18,450 nucleotides of DNA from Candidatus Hydrogenedentota bacterium (lineage in GTDB: Bacteria > Hydrogenedentota > Hydrogenedentia > Hydrogenedentales > JAEUWI01): contig JAXMOL010000082.1 of NCBI GenBank assembly GCA_034669905.1, forward strand, positions 1 to 18,450, written 5' to 3'. The number at the start of each line of letters is the position of its first letter. The first letter of the stretch is position 1. A program made the translations under genes and the position numbers. Below, one piece after another: positions 7,729 to 16,573 of this stretch. The notes under the pieces are model-generated. The model did not search any database, was not told where the DNA came from, and was given only the letters and a program-made list of their open reading frames with translations.

Positions 7729-9069
7729 CTATTGAATACGAATCAATGCGCCACCGCCTGCTGAGAGGGGCAGCTTCGTCGTGTTCTCAGTGACCGTAAT
7801 TTCCGAGTCGCTCGTGAGGTTGACTGCGCGTACGAATGCGCCGTCTATCCTTAATTCCACCTCCCGCGTCTCGTGCAAGTTATCATTCACCACAATCACA
7901 TACCGCGCGCCGGACTCCGGGTCCACAAAGCCCTGCACGGACGTCGGACCGTCTACCACTTCCACGAAGGCCTCGTCACTCCGCTTCAGGCGCAACAATA
8001 ACTCCCCGTGGGGCGCGAGTTGGGCGTAGACCTTTCCGAGTTCTTCCAGTTGGGGCGTGGTGCTGCCGTCGGGGTTGGTGAGGGCGTTGGGACCGAGGTC
8101 GGTGGCTTCTTTGGCGAGGACCTCTTTCCACTTCACGTCTTTGGGGGGCAGGGTGGCCGTCTCGGGGTTGGGTGCTTCGGGGGCCAGGGTGTAATAGACG
8201 AAGCCCTTGGCACCGCTTCGGAAGCTTTCCCAGACCTGCCAGCGGATTTCGGCGAGGGTGGGGGCGCGCCAGTGGAGGTAGGCACCGGGGAGTCCGATGA
8301 GATGGCCTTCGGCGTTGTATTCCCGGGGGCCCCAGATGTCGCTGAAGCATTGGCCCATGACCCACGCGCCCTGGGGACCGTCTCCAATGGCGTCCATCAT
8401 CTTGGCGGCCTTGCTGCGGAAGAAATGCTTGCTGGCGTTGTCCGTGTGGGGGCCGTTGGGGTCTTTCGGCCCGAAGAAGGGATAGAGGTCGACACAGACC
8501 AGGGGGAGGGTGGTTTCCGTGGGCACGAGAGGCGTCTGGGGCCACATGGTGACGGCGGTGGTAAAGCGATTGGGGTCGAGGTCGCGGAACTTCTGCCGGA
8601 GGATCTCGACCCGGGGCAGGTGTTCCGCGAGGGGTTCGTCGCTGAGTACCCAGCCGACGAGGGTTTTGGACTCACCCGCCGCAGCGATGAGCTTGGGCAA
8701 CTTCTTGTCGTAGTAACTTCCGTTGTCGACCCAGCGCCAGTCCACCTTGGCCTCCACGGCGCCCATGGAGGGCAGGAGGCGCATAGCGCGCTTTTCGCAC
8801 TCGGTGATGAGACGTGGGAGGTCGGCCTCACTCATGTTGGTGACCCAGAGGAGGTTCACGTGGTTGGCCTGGAGGGCGTCGAGCCGTCTTTCAGCGTCTG
8901 TCCAGCGGTCGATGCCCTGGACTTTCGCGTTCGCGGCGCAGCGTTCCCAACTGAGATAGGCACCGAGGGGGACGAAGGCAGGCGGTTGGTCGGCAGGGAT
9001 GCCTTGGTCGGTGGCGACGGTTGCTGAAAGGCAGCATAGCGCCCCAAGAAGATACGGTATAGAATACAT
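7729..9069 (-). CDS. Secreted glycoside-hydrolase-like TIM-barrel protein of uncertain family, 446 aa
   Basis: Signal peptide MYSIPYLLGALCCLSATVA; barrel motifs LVGWVLSDEP, VDLYPF, WVMGQCF, PTLAEIRWQVWESFRSGAKGFVYY; C-terminal beta domain (YVIVVN...LPLSAGGGALIRI). Confidence 0.75.
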   Translation of the reverse strand: MYSIPYLLGALCCLSATVATDQGIPADQPPAFVPLGAYLSWERCAANAKVQGIDRWTDAERRLDALQANHVNLLWVTNMSEADLPRLITECEKRAMRLLPSMGAVEAKVDWRWVDNGSYYDKKLPKLIAAAGESKTLVGWVLSDEPLAEHLPRVEILRQKFRDLDPNRFTTAVTMWPQTPLVPTETTLPLVCVDLYPFFGPKDPNGPHTDNASKHFFRSKAAKMMDAIGDGPQGAWVMGQCFSDIWGPREYNAEGHLIGLPGAYLHWRAPTLAEIRWQVWESFRSGAKGFVYYTLAPEAPNPETATLPPKDVKWKEVLAKEATDLGPNALTNPDGSTTPQLEELGKVYAQLAPHGELLLRLKRSDEAFVEVVDGPTSVQGFVDPESGARYVIVVNDNLHETREVELRIDGAFVRAVNLTSDSEITVTENTTKLPLSAGGGALIRIQ

Positions 9070-9341
9070 GGAGAAGACTTTCGTTTTGATGGAAGTACTA
9101 CGCAGGTGGACCAGCCATCGAATCCTAGCATTTCTCACAGTAGCATATCAGGGCGTTTGGCTTGCTTGTCTCTCGGGCAAGGGCTATCGCCCTTTGTCTG
9201 TAGCATTCGAAGTGGCAATCGTTTTGGAAGGACCGATGATCCAATTGGGTTCGGGGATTCTATTTAGGTGCGCTTGTGAGAGAGGGCTTGAGCCTTTCAG
9301 GCAATCTCTTGTGGCGGCTGGTTAAGCATTGGAGCAGGGCA

Positions 9342-10487
9342 ATGAAGATCCGTTTAGATTCTACATGGGCGGGACGGTTTAGCACGGCCCCCGTTTTGGT
9401 CAGCCTGTGTCTGTTGTTACTCAACGATTTTTACCTGAAAGCTGCCTACGGGAATTGGTTTACGGGGAAGCTGTCTGATTTTGCGGGTATCTTCCTCGTC
9501 GCGATGCTGGGCTACATTCTATGGCCGCAGCGGAAAGACGTTGTTTCGCTGGCGGTAATAGCCTTCTTTATTTATTGGAAAAGTGCCCTGTCGGAACCTT
9601 TTCTCATGCTGCTGAACACTTGGGGCCCTCCGGGATTTGGGCGTGTCGTCGACTATACAGACCTGATGGCACTGAGTATGGTTTTCATCGCGTGGTACGT
9701 GGCGTCAACGGGGGAGCGGGTGCCCCCTCGGAACACGACCCTTCGCCGGGTCATGGCCGTGCCTGTGGTGGCGCTGTGCCTGTTTTCTATGGTGGCGACA
9801 TCGAGAATGTCCACCGGTATTCAACTGGGGGTGGAGCAAGTAGGTGGGGCGGATTTCCCGAGCCGTAAGATGATTGCGGAAGCACTCGCCGAGGTAGGTG
9901 AGGACTATTGGCTCAAACGTGTTGGGAACTATGACCCCGAGCAAAGTGGCACGTGGAAGGGGAAAAAGACGGCCTTCAGCTACGTTATTCTAAGCGATGG
10001 AAACATCCGTGTATGGATCTATTCCTATAAGAGTCACGTGCCTGTGAAGCTCGCCGGGTACCTCAAGCAGGCCATTGACGGACTCAGAGGGGAGGTGCGA
10101 TACACAGAGACATCTATCTCCAACGTTAATTCGCTTTTGGTCGATACCTCTATGGCGATGAATTCCTCAAGTCGACATTCGGAACTCATTGAAGCAGCTC
10201 TCAGTACCTTCGATAAAAAAATCGAGTTTCCCCGGTCAGAAACAGTTCAAACAGAGGACGGGCCATTGAAGCAAACAAGGCCGTATTGTTCGTATCTTTT
10301 TTTGGATGAAAATAGTGTGTTAGTAAAACTGCACGCCATTGGGGTCGCTGTCCCTTTAAATGCCAGCGACGTGCTTACGAAAACGCTGGAGGACGAGATT
10401 CCCGCTGCAGAGGTTTACCCATTGGATGGGGACTACGATTCGATTGTAAGATTCGTGGATCTGCGAAAGGTCGATCTACCAGAATAG
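9342..10487 (+). CDS. Hypothetical multi-pass membrane protein with a soluble C-terminal region, 381 aa
   Basis: N-terminal LLLLNDFYLKAAYGNWFTGKLSDFAGIF...WKS...RVVDYTDL...ATS matches, from recall, a widespread uncharacterised membrane family; about 5 hydrophobic segments; RBS GGAG at 9331-9334 before ATG 9342. Confidence 0.82.
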   Translation: MKIRLDSTWAGRFSTAPVLVSLCLLLLNDFYLKAAYGNWFTGKLSDFAGIFLVAMLGYILWPQRKDVVSLAVIAFFIYWKSALSEPFLMLLNTWGPPGFGRVVDYTDLMALSMVFIAWYVASTGERVPPRNTTLRRVMAVPVVALCLFSMVATSRMSTGIQLGVEQVGGADFPSRKMIAEALAEVGEDYWLKRVGNYDPEQSGTWKGKKTAFSYVILSDGNIRVWIYSYKSHVPVKLAGYLKQAIDGLRGEVRYTETSISNVNSLLVDTSMAMNSSSRHSELIEAALSTFDKKIEFPRSETVQTEDGPLKQTRPYCSYLFLDENSVLVKLHAIGVAVPLNASDVLTKTLEDEIPAAEVYPLDGDYDSIVRFVDLRKVDLPE

Positions 10488-10588
10488 ACGACCGAAATAC
10501 GGTGCCGTCATTCGTTGCCGTAGTGTTCCGTAGGGGTTACGTGCGACTAAGCAGGTAGCGAAGCCGTTGCCCGCAAGCAAAGATTCTG

Positions 10589-10670
10589 AACCCGGAATGA
10601 ACCCTGATTTGCACGAAAATTACGGGTTACGGCGAATTAGTTAACCACGGATATACCGGATGACACGGAT
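10589..10670 (+). repeat. Second pair of periodic triads (degenerate 10-nt triad, then 9-nt CACGGAT triad)
   Basis: AACCCGGAATGAACCCTGATTTGCACGAAA (10589-10618) aligns with 6638-6667; AAC-CACGGAT-AT-ACCGGAT-GA-CACGGAT (10643-10670). Confidence 0.65.
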
Positions 10671-10803
10671 GCTTGGGGACGAAAATCCGGCGATGGTAGC
10701 CTCTCGAACAATCCGTACCGAGTTGTTCTTCGTTGGACGATCACCTTTGTATTTAACATGGTTGTATACGTGTTGTCCGTCTGATCACGGGCAAGGTTTA
10801 TCG

Positions 10804-10829
10804 CGTGCCCCCTCCATGGAGGGGGCACG
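10804..10829. repeat. Perfect 26-bp palindrome between convergent genes
   Basis: CGTGCCCCCTCCA|TGGAGGGGGCACG, with no U-tract on either side. Confidence 0.9.
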
Positions 10830-10907
10830 ATCCAAGATAGAGAACGATGTGAAACGTAGATTGACGTCCCATGTGGCAATTCGGGCCGCGAGGTCTTTTG
10901 GGGCTTG

Positions 10908-11753
10908 CTATTTGCCGTTGAGCACGCGCTTTATAAAGCGTAACGCGGGGGGATGACCCGGGGTGGTCATCTGGCCGTGGTCGTAGCCGTCCATTTCATA
11001 GAGTTCCGTGTCGGGGTGGCCGACGACCTGCATCATGCGCCAGAGGTAGGCATTTTCCTCGTAGCGGCCGAGCAGTTCCAATTCGCGATCACCGGTGATG
11101 AGCAGGATTGGAGGCGCGTCCTTGCGCACGTGGAAAAGGGGAGCGAGTTCGTCGATGATGGGCTGGGTGCCCTCGATGCCACGCTCCTTGCGCACGGTGA
11201 AATGGGTGATGGTGTGGCCACTGTAGGGGATGAGGCCGGCGATGTCGTTCGCATCGATGTCGTGGGCGGCGAGCCACGATTTGTCGAGTCCGATCATGGA
11301 CACCAGATAGCCGCCGGCCGATTTGCCCGCAACGAAGATGCGTTCGGTGGAGCCGCCAAAACTTTCGATATTCTTGAAGGTCCACGCCACGGCGGCGGCA
11401 GCGTCCTCAATATAGGCCGGTGCCTGGACCTTGGGATGGAGTCGATAGTCTGCCGAAACGATGGCGATGCCATTTCGCTTGAGTCCGTCGGGTATCGTGC
11501 GGTCGCCTGCCTTGAGGCCCCCACCATGAAGCCACACCATCGTGGTGAAGTCTTTCTTTTCGGCGGGATAATAGACATCAAGGCGGCATTTCTCCTTCAT
11601 ATAGTCGGTGAGCCCGTCGCCACTACGGTAGAGGATGTCTGTTTTCGTAACGTACTCGGTGGGGGCGGCGTAGGCACCCAGGCACATGATGGTCAGGGCC
11701 ATGGTGGTCACGATGCTAAGCTTGAGGTGCCGATAAGGTGTGGGTATGCGCAT
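10908..11753 (-). CDS. Alpha/beta hydrolase (carboxyl/carbohydrate esterase, BD-FAE/HSL-like), 281 aa
   Basis: CRLDVYYP; oxyanion motif WLHGGG; DYRLHP; YIEDAAAAVAW; nucleophile elbow GKSAGG; catalytic His in YDHG; N-terminal signal-like segment; GGAG upstream of ATG 11753. Confidence 0.92.
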   Translation of the reverse strand: MRIPTPYRHLKLSIVTTMALTIMCLGAYAAPTEYVTKTDILYRSGDGLTDYMKEKCRLDVYYPAEKKDFTTMVWLHGGGLKAGDRTIPDGLKRNGIAIVSADYRLHPKVQAPAYIEDAAAAVAWTFKNIESFGGSTERIFVAGKSAGGYLVSMIGLDKSWLAAHDIDANDIAGLIPYSGHTITHFTVRKERGIEGTQPIIDELAPLFHVRKDAPPILLITGDRELELLGRYEENAYLWRMMQVVGHPDTELYEMDGYDHGQMTTPGHPPALRFIKRVLNGK

Positions 11754-11856
11754 GAGTTTTGTGGTCTCCGTTCGGGTGGTCTCTTTAGTGTATATGCTAC
11801 GCCACGAGGGCCGAAATGTGCTCGGTGATGATGGTGGGTTACGGATTGTCCGGCGT

Positions 11857-13785
11857 TCAGGATTCCGGGGGATTCCGACTCCAGACAGAAAGCACGGGTT
11901 GTTCCAAGGTACCAAAATCCCCCCGGAAATCCAACCAGACATCGCCAGTCTTTGCCTGGTCGGTGAGTTCAAGATGAAGGGGCACGGTGCGTTGTTCACC
12001 GGGTTCCAAGTCCATTGTCCATGAGGTGGCCGTCACATGCCAGCCACCGGGGAGGTCTTTTAGCGTCACGTGACCCGTTACGCGCGCTGCGCCCAGGTTG
12101 TACACGGTGAGTGATGCGTCCACACGAGTTCCAGGGGAAAACTCATAGGCGGCCTCAGGGCTCCAACCGATGCGCCGTTGGACGGGCGCTACGTTGGCCG
12201 CGTCAAACTGCAGGACGACGGGGGATGGACTTCCCGAGCGGACCTTGGCAGGGTTCACCGTGCGCAAGGCGAGTTCTTGAGCCGCCCCTTCGGGCAGCAC
12301 CAGAAAGACGGGATCGGGACGGAGTGTCGCAGGTGGCGCGGAGGCCAATGGGCGCCCGAGATAATCAAAGGCCGCTTCAACGGGCAAGGGGGCCTCTAGC
12401 GGCCAGGGCGCACGCGCGTTGCCCCGGGAGGCCCAGTCGCCGGGAGACTCGGTCCAGGCCACGAGGACGTCGCGATATTTACCATCAGGTTGTGCCCGGA
12501 AGGCATAGGTATGGATGTCGGGCTGGTCTGGTAGGAGATAGCGACCGAGACACGTAGCGCCTGCCAGGAGGCGCCCCAGATTGGCAACGGCGACGAAGCT
12601 TGGCCGCGGGGTGAGGTCTTTGCGGAGTAAGCCGAATTGGGTTCGCTGTTCCCCTTCCATATAGGGGCCGAGAATGAAATGGAAATGCCGGCTTGCTCCC
12701 GCGTAGAGACTTCGTACATATGATTGGGTCACCAGCTCCGCTTTGCGCTGGTCATTTTCCGGACTGAAGTCACCCACGTCGGAATCCGGCGCGGCCGTCA
12801 TGCCCCGATCGGATTCTGTGACCCAGATGGGTTTGCCACTGGCCGCATCACGGGCATGGACCCAGAGGTCTTCGTAGGATTCGGGCCAGTCGTAGGAGTG
12901 GATGCTGTACACATCATAGTAGGGCCAGGTTTCATTGCGCAGGATGCTGCGGGTTTGGGATTCGATGTTGACACCGCCGAGGGGATTCCAGCAGACGGTG
13001 AGCTCGGGGTCGCCCGCCTTGAAGCCGAGGTAGGCGGCTTTTTGGATGGCGCAGAGCTCGTCGAGACTGAAGCCACCAAAGTTGCCTGCGTTTCCCTCGT
13101 TCCAAGGCTCCCACGCCTGAACCTGACCCTTAAATCGCACAGCCATAGCTTTGCAGAATTCGTAAAGCCTGGCCAGATCCGTGCGGGGGTGATCGGCGTT
13201 CCCATCGGGGGCCAGCGCCCAGGGGGGACGGGTGTGGAAGACCTGGAGTATCTGCAGACCCTGTGCGGACTGGATGGTGGCACTGCTGTCGTATTTCGTG
13301 TCTTTGAAGAAGGAGCCGTCTTCCGATTGCATTTCACGCCAGTGGATGCGATCCCGCACCCATCTTGCCCCGGCCACCCGCGCGAGTTGGGCATACAAGG
13401 GCCAGTCTTGTTGGTCGCTGGCACCGAGCCAGGCCAGGGCGACGTCCACTGCGATGGGAGAGTCGTCCGGGGGAGGAATGGTCAACGGCGTGAGTACTGC
13501 GGCCGTGGTGAATCCGAGCAGGGAGTCTTCTGCATCGCGGAATTCGATGCGGAACCATCCGGGACCCAGGCGTCCGAGATCAACGGTCGGGCCCGATACC
13601 GGGTGTTCCGAAATCCGCTCCAGCCGCTCATTCAGCACGTGACAGGTGCGGAAGGGAGATGTGATTTCCGTCGGTACTGCGAAGGTGACCGACTCCCCAT
13701 GGAGAAAGACATGGGCATCGGTCGGATTCAAGGTGCTCGCGCTTGTCGCGAAGGCAATTAATGCAATGATAAGCATATGGCGCAT
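11857..13785 (-). CDS. Secreted clan GH-A glycoside hydrolase (GH39/GH5-like) with a C-terminal NEW3/Ig-like domain, 642 aa
   Basis: Signal peptide MRHMLIIALIAFATSA; GARWVRDRIHW; acid/base WEPWNEGN; YSIHSY; nucleophile KPIWVTE; FGLLRKDLTPRPSF; C-terminal VYNLG...LPGGWHV...LEPGEQRTV. RBS GGGAGG. Confidence 0.85.
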   Translation of the reverse strand: MRHMLIIALIAFATSASTLNPTDAHVFLHGESVTFAVPTEITSPFRTCHVLNERLERISEHPVSGPTVDLGRLGPGWFRIEFRDAEDSLLGFTTAAVLTPLTIPPPDDSPIAVDVALAWLGASDQQDWPLYAQLARVAGARWVRDRIHWREMQSEDGSFFKDTKYDSSATIQSAQGLQILQVFHTRPPWALAPDGNADHPRTDLARLYEFCKAMAVRFKGQVQAWEPWNEGNAGNFGGFSLDELCAIQKAAYLGFKAGDPELTVCWNPLGGVNIESQTRSILRNETWPYYDVYSIHSYDWPESYEDLWVHARDAASGKPIWVTESDRGMTAAPDSDVGDFSPENDQRKAELVTQSYVRSLYAGASRHFHFILGPYMEGEQRTQFGLLRKDLTPRPSFVAVANLGRLLAGATCLGRYLLPDQPDIHTYAFRAQPDGKYRDVLVAWTESPGDWASRGNARAPWPLEAPLPVEAAFDYLGRPLASAPPATLRPDPVFLVLPEGAAQELALRTVNPAKVRSGSPSPVVLQFDAANVAPVQRRIGWSPEAAYEFSPGTRVDASLTVYNLGAARVTGHVTLKDLPGGWHVTATSWTMDLEPGEQRTVPLHLELTDQAKTGDVWLDFRGDFGTLEQPVLSVWSRNPPES

Positions 13786-14177
13786 GATGCTTGCCCTCCC
13801 ACTGGGTCAATCACGTTTTTGCCGTGCAATGGCTTTTCCCTGCCTCATGTCTGGGCATTCGTTCGGTATGAGGAATGGTTTCGAATGCCATTCAGCCCCC
13901 GCAGCGGTTTCTACGAAGGTCATGCTTCCTTCGGACTCTTGGTGAATAGGCGCATAACCCCTCGCGAACAGGGTAAACGATACCCGTTGCGTTAACTCGT
14001 TTGCATCATAACGTGCGCAGGGGTCAACGCGCATCTGTCACGTGGAGAGCGCCGAGGCGTTCTGTTTGGTTGCGTGCGAATTTGGCACGATGGAATAAGG
14101 GAGGCGGTCGACAAATGTCGAGACACCATACGTTTTGGAAACTTAGAACGAATCCATCCAAGCACAGTGCCAATCGC

Positions 14178-14702
14178 TCAGGTGGCAACCGGCTGTTTCA
14201 ATGCGTGCCCTTTGGACAGCTCTAACACCCGGTGATGGAGCTCTTTCTTGAAGCCCATCATAAAGAACAATTCGGCGCACAGAAAGAGCGGACCAATGAT
14301 AAGCTGGAAGAGGTTGTCCGCCAAGGCGGGACGCCGTTTTTCGAACACAATATGACCAAAGAGTTGAAATACCCAACCCAGCACAAAGGCACCGATGGCA
14401 GTGCTGATCCATACAGACGGTCCCTGGCCTACGGTCAGGTGGGCCAGTCCCACAATGGGCAGAATAACCGCGCACATGGCCACCCCGAATACCCGGTCCA
14501 ACACGCAGTAGTAGGCGAGTACACACACAGAAAACACCATAGCAAAGGAGAGGGGCCATGCACCGAGCTGTATTTGCAAGGCGCTCATAGGCACCAGAAT
14601 GCCGTAAATAATCAGGGGGATTCCGATAAAGTGGGTGGCCTTGTTCAGTGGGTGCTTGTGATAGGCCTCGTAAAAGGACATGTGCTCGGCGATGCTTTTC
14701 AT
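14178..14702 (-). CDS. Mpo1-like / DUF962 membrane protein (2-hydroxy fatty acid dioxygenase family), 174 aa
   Basis: YEAYHKHPLNKATHFIGIPLI and WVFQLFGHIVFEKRRPALADNLFQLIIGPLF are the family's His motifs; RBS AAGGAG before ATG 14702. Confidence 0.9.
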   Translation of the reverse strand: MKSIAEHMSFYEAYHKHPLNKATHFIGIPLIIYGILVPMSALQIQLGAWPLSFAMVFSVCVLAYYCVLDRVFGVAMCAVILPIVGLAHLTVGQGPSVWISTAIGAFVLGWVFQLFGHIVFEKRRPALADNLFQLIIGPLFLCAELFFMMGFKKELHHRVLELSKGHALKQPVAT

Positions 14703-14897
14703 AGGTGTTCTCCTTGACGGTGGGGTGCCATGTGGACACAGCGTAACCCGCGGGGGGCTTACAGGCAAGGCGGTACACTCTGGATTTGGAGGTTCACGCC
14801 CTTCCGGAATTAATAACCCGAACGGCCACACGCCGTGGGCGATGCCATCGTTTCCTGTCCTTTGGGTCCTTTTCGTCGTTCAGGTCGTTTGAATGGT

Positions 14898-16097
14898 TTA
14901 GGGTGTTCCGTCAAACATGAAGGCCTTCCCCAATTTGATCACGCGCTCCGCGGGTTCATACCAACCCACCGGCTGCAACTGGTCCGAGTGGAGATAACAC
15001 TGCACCTTCACCTCGTTGCTGCCCTCGGTAAACGTAAACAGGCGGCTCATGGGCAGGGTTGTCTTGTGGGCGTGGTGGCGAGAGAGGGCGGAGACGTTGG
15101 CGAAATTTACGTCCCACTTACGCTCGATGTGGGAGCGCCCGCCTTTGCGGTCCTCCGGCTCGGTGTGGGTGTGTCCGCCGAGCCAGAGGTCGATGGCGCC
15201 GGGGTGCGCGGCCAAATAGCCCTCGAAGGCCTGGGCGTCGGGCTGGTCGTCGAGCCAATAGAGATAGGACGCGCCCTTGGGGCCACCCTGGGGATAGTAG
15301 CCATGGTAGTGGGACTTCCAGTTACCGTCTTCGTCTTTCTCGAAGCCTTCCCATTCCCCCGAGGCGACGGTGGTCTCTTTGAGCATGTGGTGGTGGGCCG
15401 AGATGATGACGCGGTCGTGATTCTCCTCGACCAGTTTCTTCCACCATGCGAAGGTCTCCGAGATGACCGCACCCGCCGGATAGCCGCCCCGATCACCCCG
15501 ACCCACGGGCGGGCCCACATCGTTGCGGTCGCTCATCATGGCGAAAAGGAGGTTGCCCACCTTGAAGCTGTAGCGCTCCCACGTACCCGTGACAGGATAG
15601 GGACGTTTCGCTGGGTCCACCATGGAGTGGGCCGTGTGCTCCCCCGTGGGGTCGATCCATTTGCGAAACCACCACTGGGTTGCTTCGTCCTTGAAGGTGG
15701 CGTCGTGGTTTCCCGCGAGGCAGTAGAACTGTTCCCGGGTGTGTTTCTGCAGCGCCCCGAACTGGCGCACCACTTCGGCCCCTTCCTCATCCTTCGGCGC
15801 GCCCTGGTTTCCGGAAAAATCGCCCAGATGGACCGCCATATCCCAGTCAAAACCCGGCCCCGGACCGAAGCCTTCGCTCTGCCGAATGGCCTCCGCCAGG
15901 CTTTCGCGGTCACGCTTCCTATCCGTGCCCACGTGGGCGTCCGAGGTGGCCCAGAGGCGGAATTGGCGGGGGGAGGTGTCGGAGGTGGCGGGGCGTGTTG
16001 CGGAAGCCAGCCCGGTTGTCACTCCGAGAGCCACCGTTTGGTGAAACTCACGGCGGGTGAGGTCTGACTTGTTGGAATTGGTGACGCTTTCTGACAT
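14898..16097 (-). CDS. Tat-exported calcineurin-like metallophosphoesterase, 399 aa
   Basis: Tat motif LTRREFHQ; metal-binding motifs SDAHVG, HLGDF, AGNHD, SAHHH, GGHTH; RBS GGAG before ATG 16097. Confidence 0.9.
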   Translation of the reverse strand: MSESVTNSNKSDLTRREFHQTVALGVTTGLASATRPATSDTSPRQFRLWATSDAHVGTDRKRDRESLAEAIRQSEGFGPGPGFDWDMAVHLGDFSGNQGAPKDEEGAEVVRQFGALQKHTREQFYCLAGNHDATFKDEATQWWFRKWIDPTGEHTAHSMVDPAKRPYPVTGTWERYSFKVGNLLFAMMSDRNDVGPPVGRGDRGGYPAGAVISETFAWWKKLVEENHDRVIISAHHHMLKETTVASGEWEGFEKDEDGNWKSHYHGYYPQGGPKGASYLYWLDDQPDAQAFEGYLAAHPGAIDLWLGGHTHTEPEDRKGGRSHIERKWDVNFANVSALSRHHAHKTTLPMSRLFTFTEGSNEVKVQCYLHSDQLQPVGWYEPAERVIKLGKAFMFDGTP

Positions 16098-16228
16098 AGT
16101 ACTCTCCAGCGACTTCGGTTGAGGTCGGGTATCCGTCCGGCTTGTTTGACGACGCAATTGTAGGCCAGGAAGGTCGTCGGATTCACGGACATTAACGCTA
16201 TCATAGTCGAAATTCAGGAGCGGTGACC

Positions 16229-16431
16229 TTGGCAAAGTACACGCTTGAAAGTGAACTGCAGTTCGACAAAGAACGGAGTCGCTACAAAGGGGAATGGAAG
16301 CTGGAATGTGCTTCAGTATCAACCTTGATGTGCAGGGCAAGCTATCGGAGGACGAACTCTTGGTAATCTGGGATAACTTCGACGGAAAGCTGACATCCAG
16401 CGAGAGCGCGTCTCTGGTGAAGGATAGTTGA
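16229..16431 (+). pseudogene. Possible frameshifted remnant of a small gene
   Basis: RBS AGGAG (16216-16220) precedes TTG 16229 and MAKYTLESELQFDKERSRYKGEWK...; a protein-like continuation lies in the -1 frame (GMCFSINLDVQGKLSEDELLVIWDNFDGKL...DS, stop 16431). Confidence 0.3.
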
Positions 16432-16573
16432 GCGTGGTCCATGAATGATCGAAACGGGTCCAAAATATACGTGGAGGGAAAAACTTCCTGTAAGAGGCTT
16501 GCGGAGGACGTGCTTTCGCGTCGTTGCCGTGGCGGATTTCTGCGAGTGAAGGAACTTCATTTGAGGGTTGCCT

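Noticed and set aside
9286..9341. Integron attC/cassette boundary (GTTAAGC just before the RBS; also at about 7487 and a CAGAAC...GTTATG pair at 14007-14064)
   Set aside because: There is no matching RYYYAAC with complementary L boxes at the right spacing, and no integrase.
13790..14140. Riboswitch or small ORF upstream of the GH-A gene (alternative pairings around GGCATTCG/CGAATGCC; ORF 13807-14034)
   Set aside because: No recognisable riboswitch consensus, only short stems, and poor RBS spacing. An Rfam scan would settle it.
4038..16067. Long + strand ORFs 4038-5255, 8008-9027, 10953-11828, 12724-13761 and 14835-16067
   Set aside because: Each is the antisense shadow of a well-supported - strand gene. 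GC-rich codon bias suppresses antisense stops, and the translations show no motifs.
16098..16463. 122-aa in-frame N-terminal extension of the metallophosphoesterase, and similar extensions on other ORFs in the track
   Set aside because: The RBS and signal or Tat peptide sit at the downstream ATG in each case, and the extensions are not protein-like.
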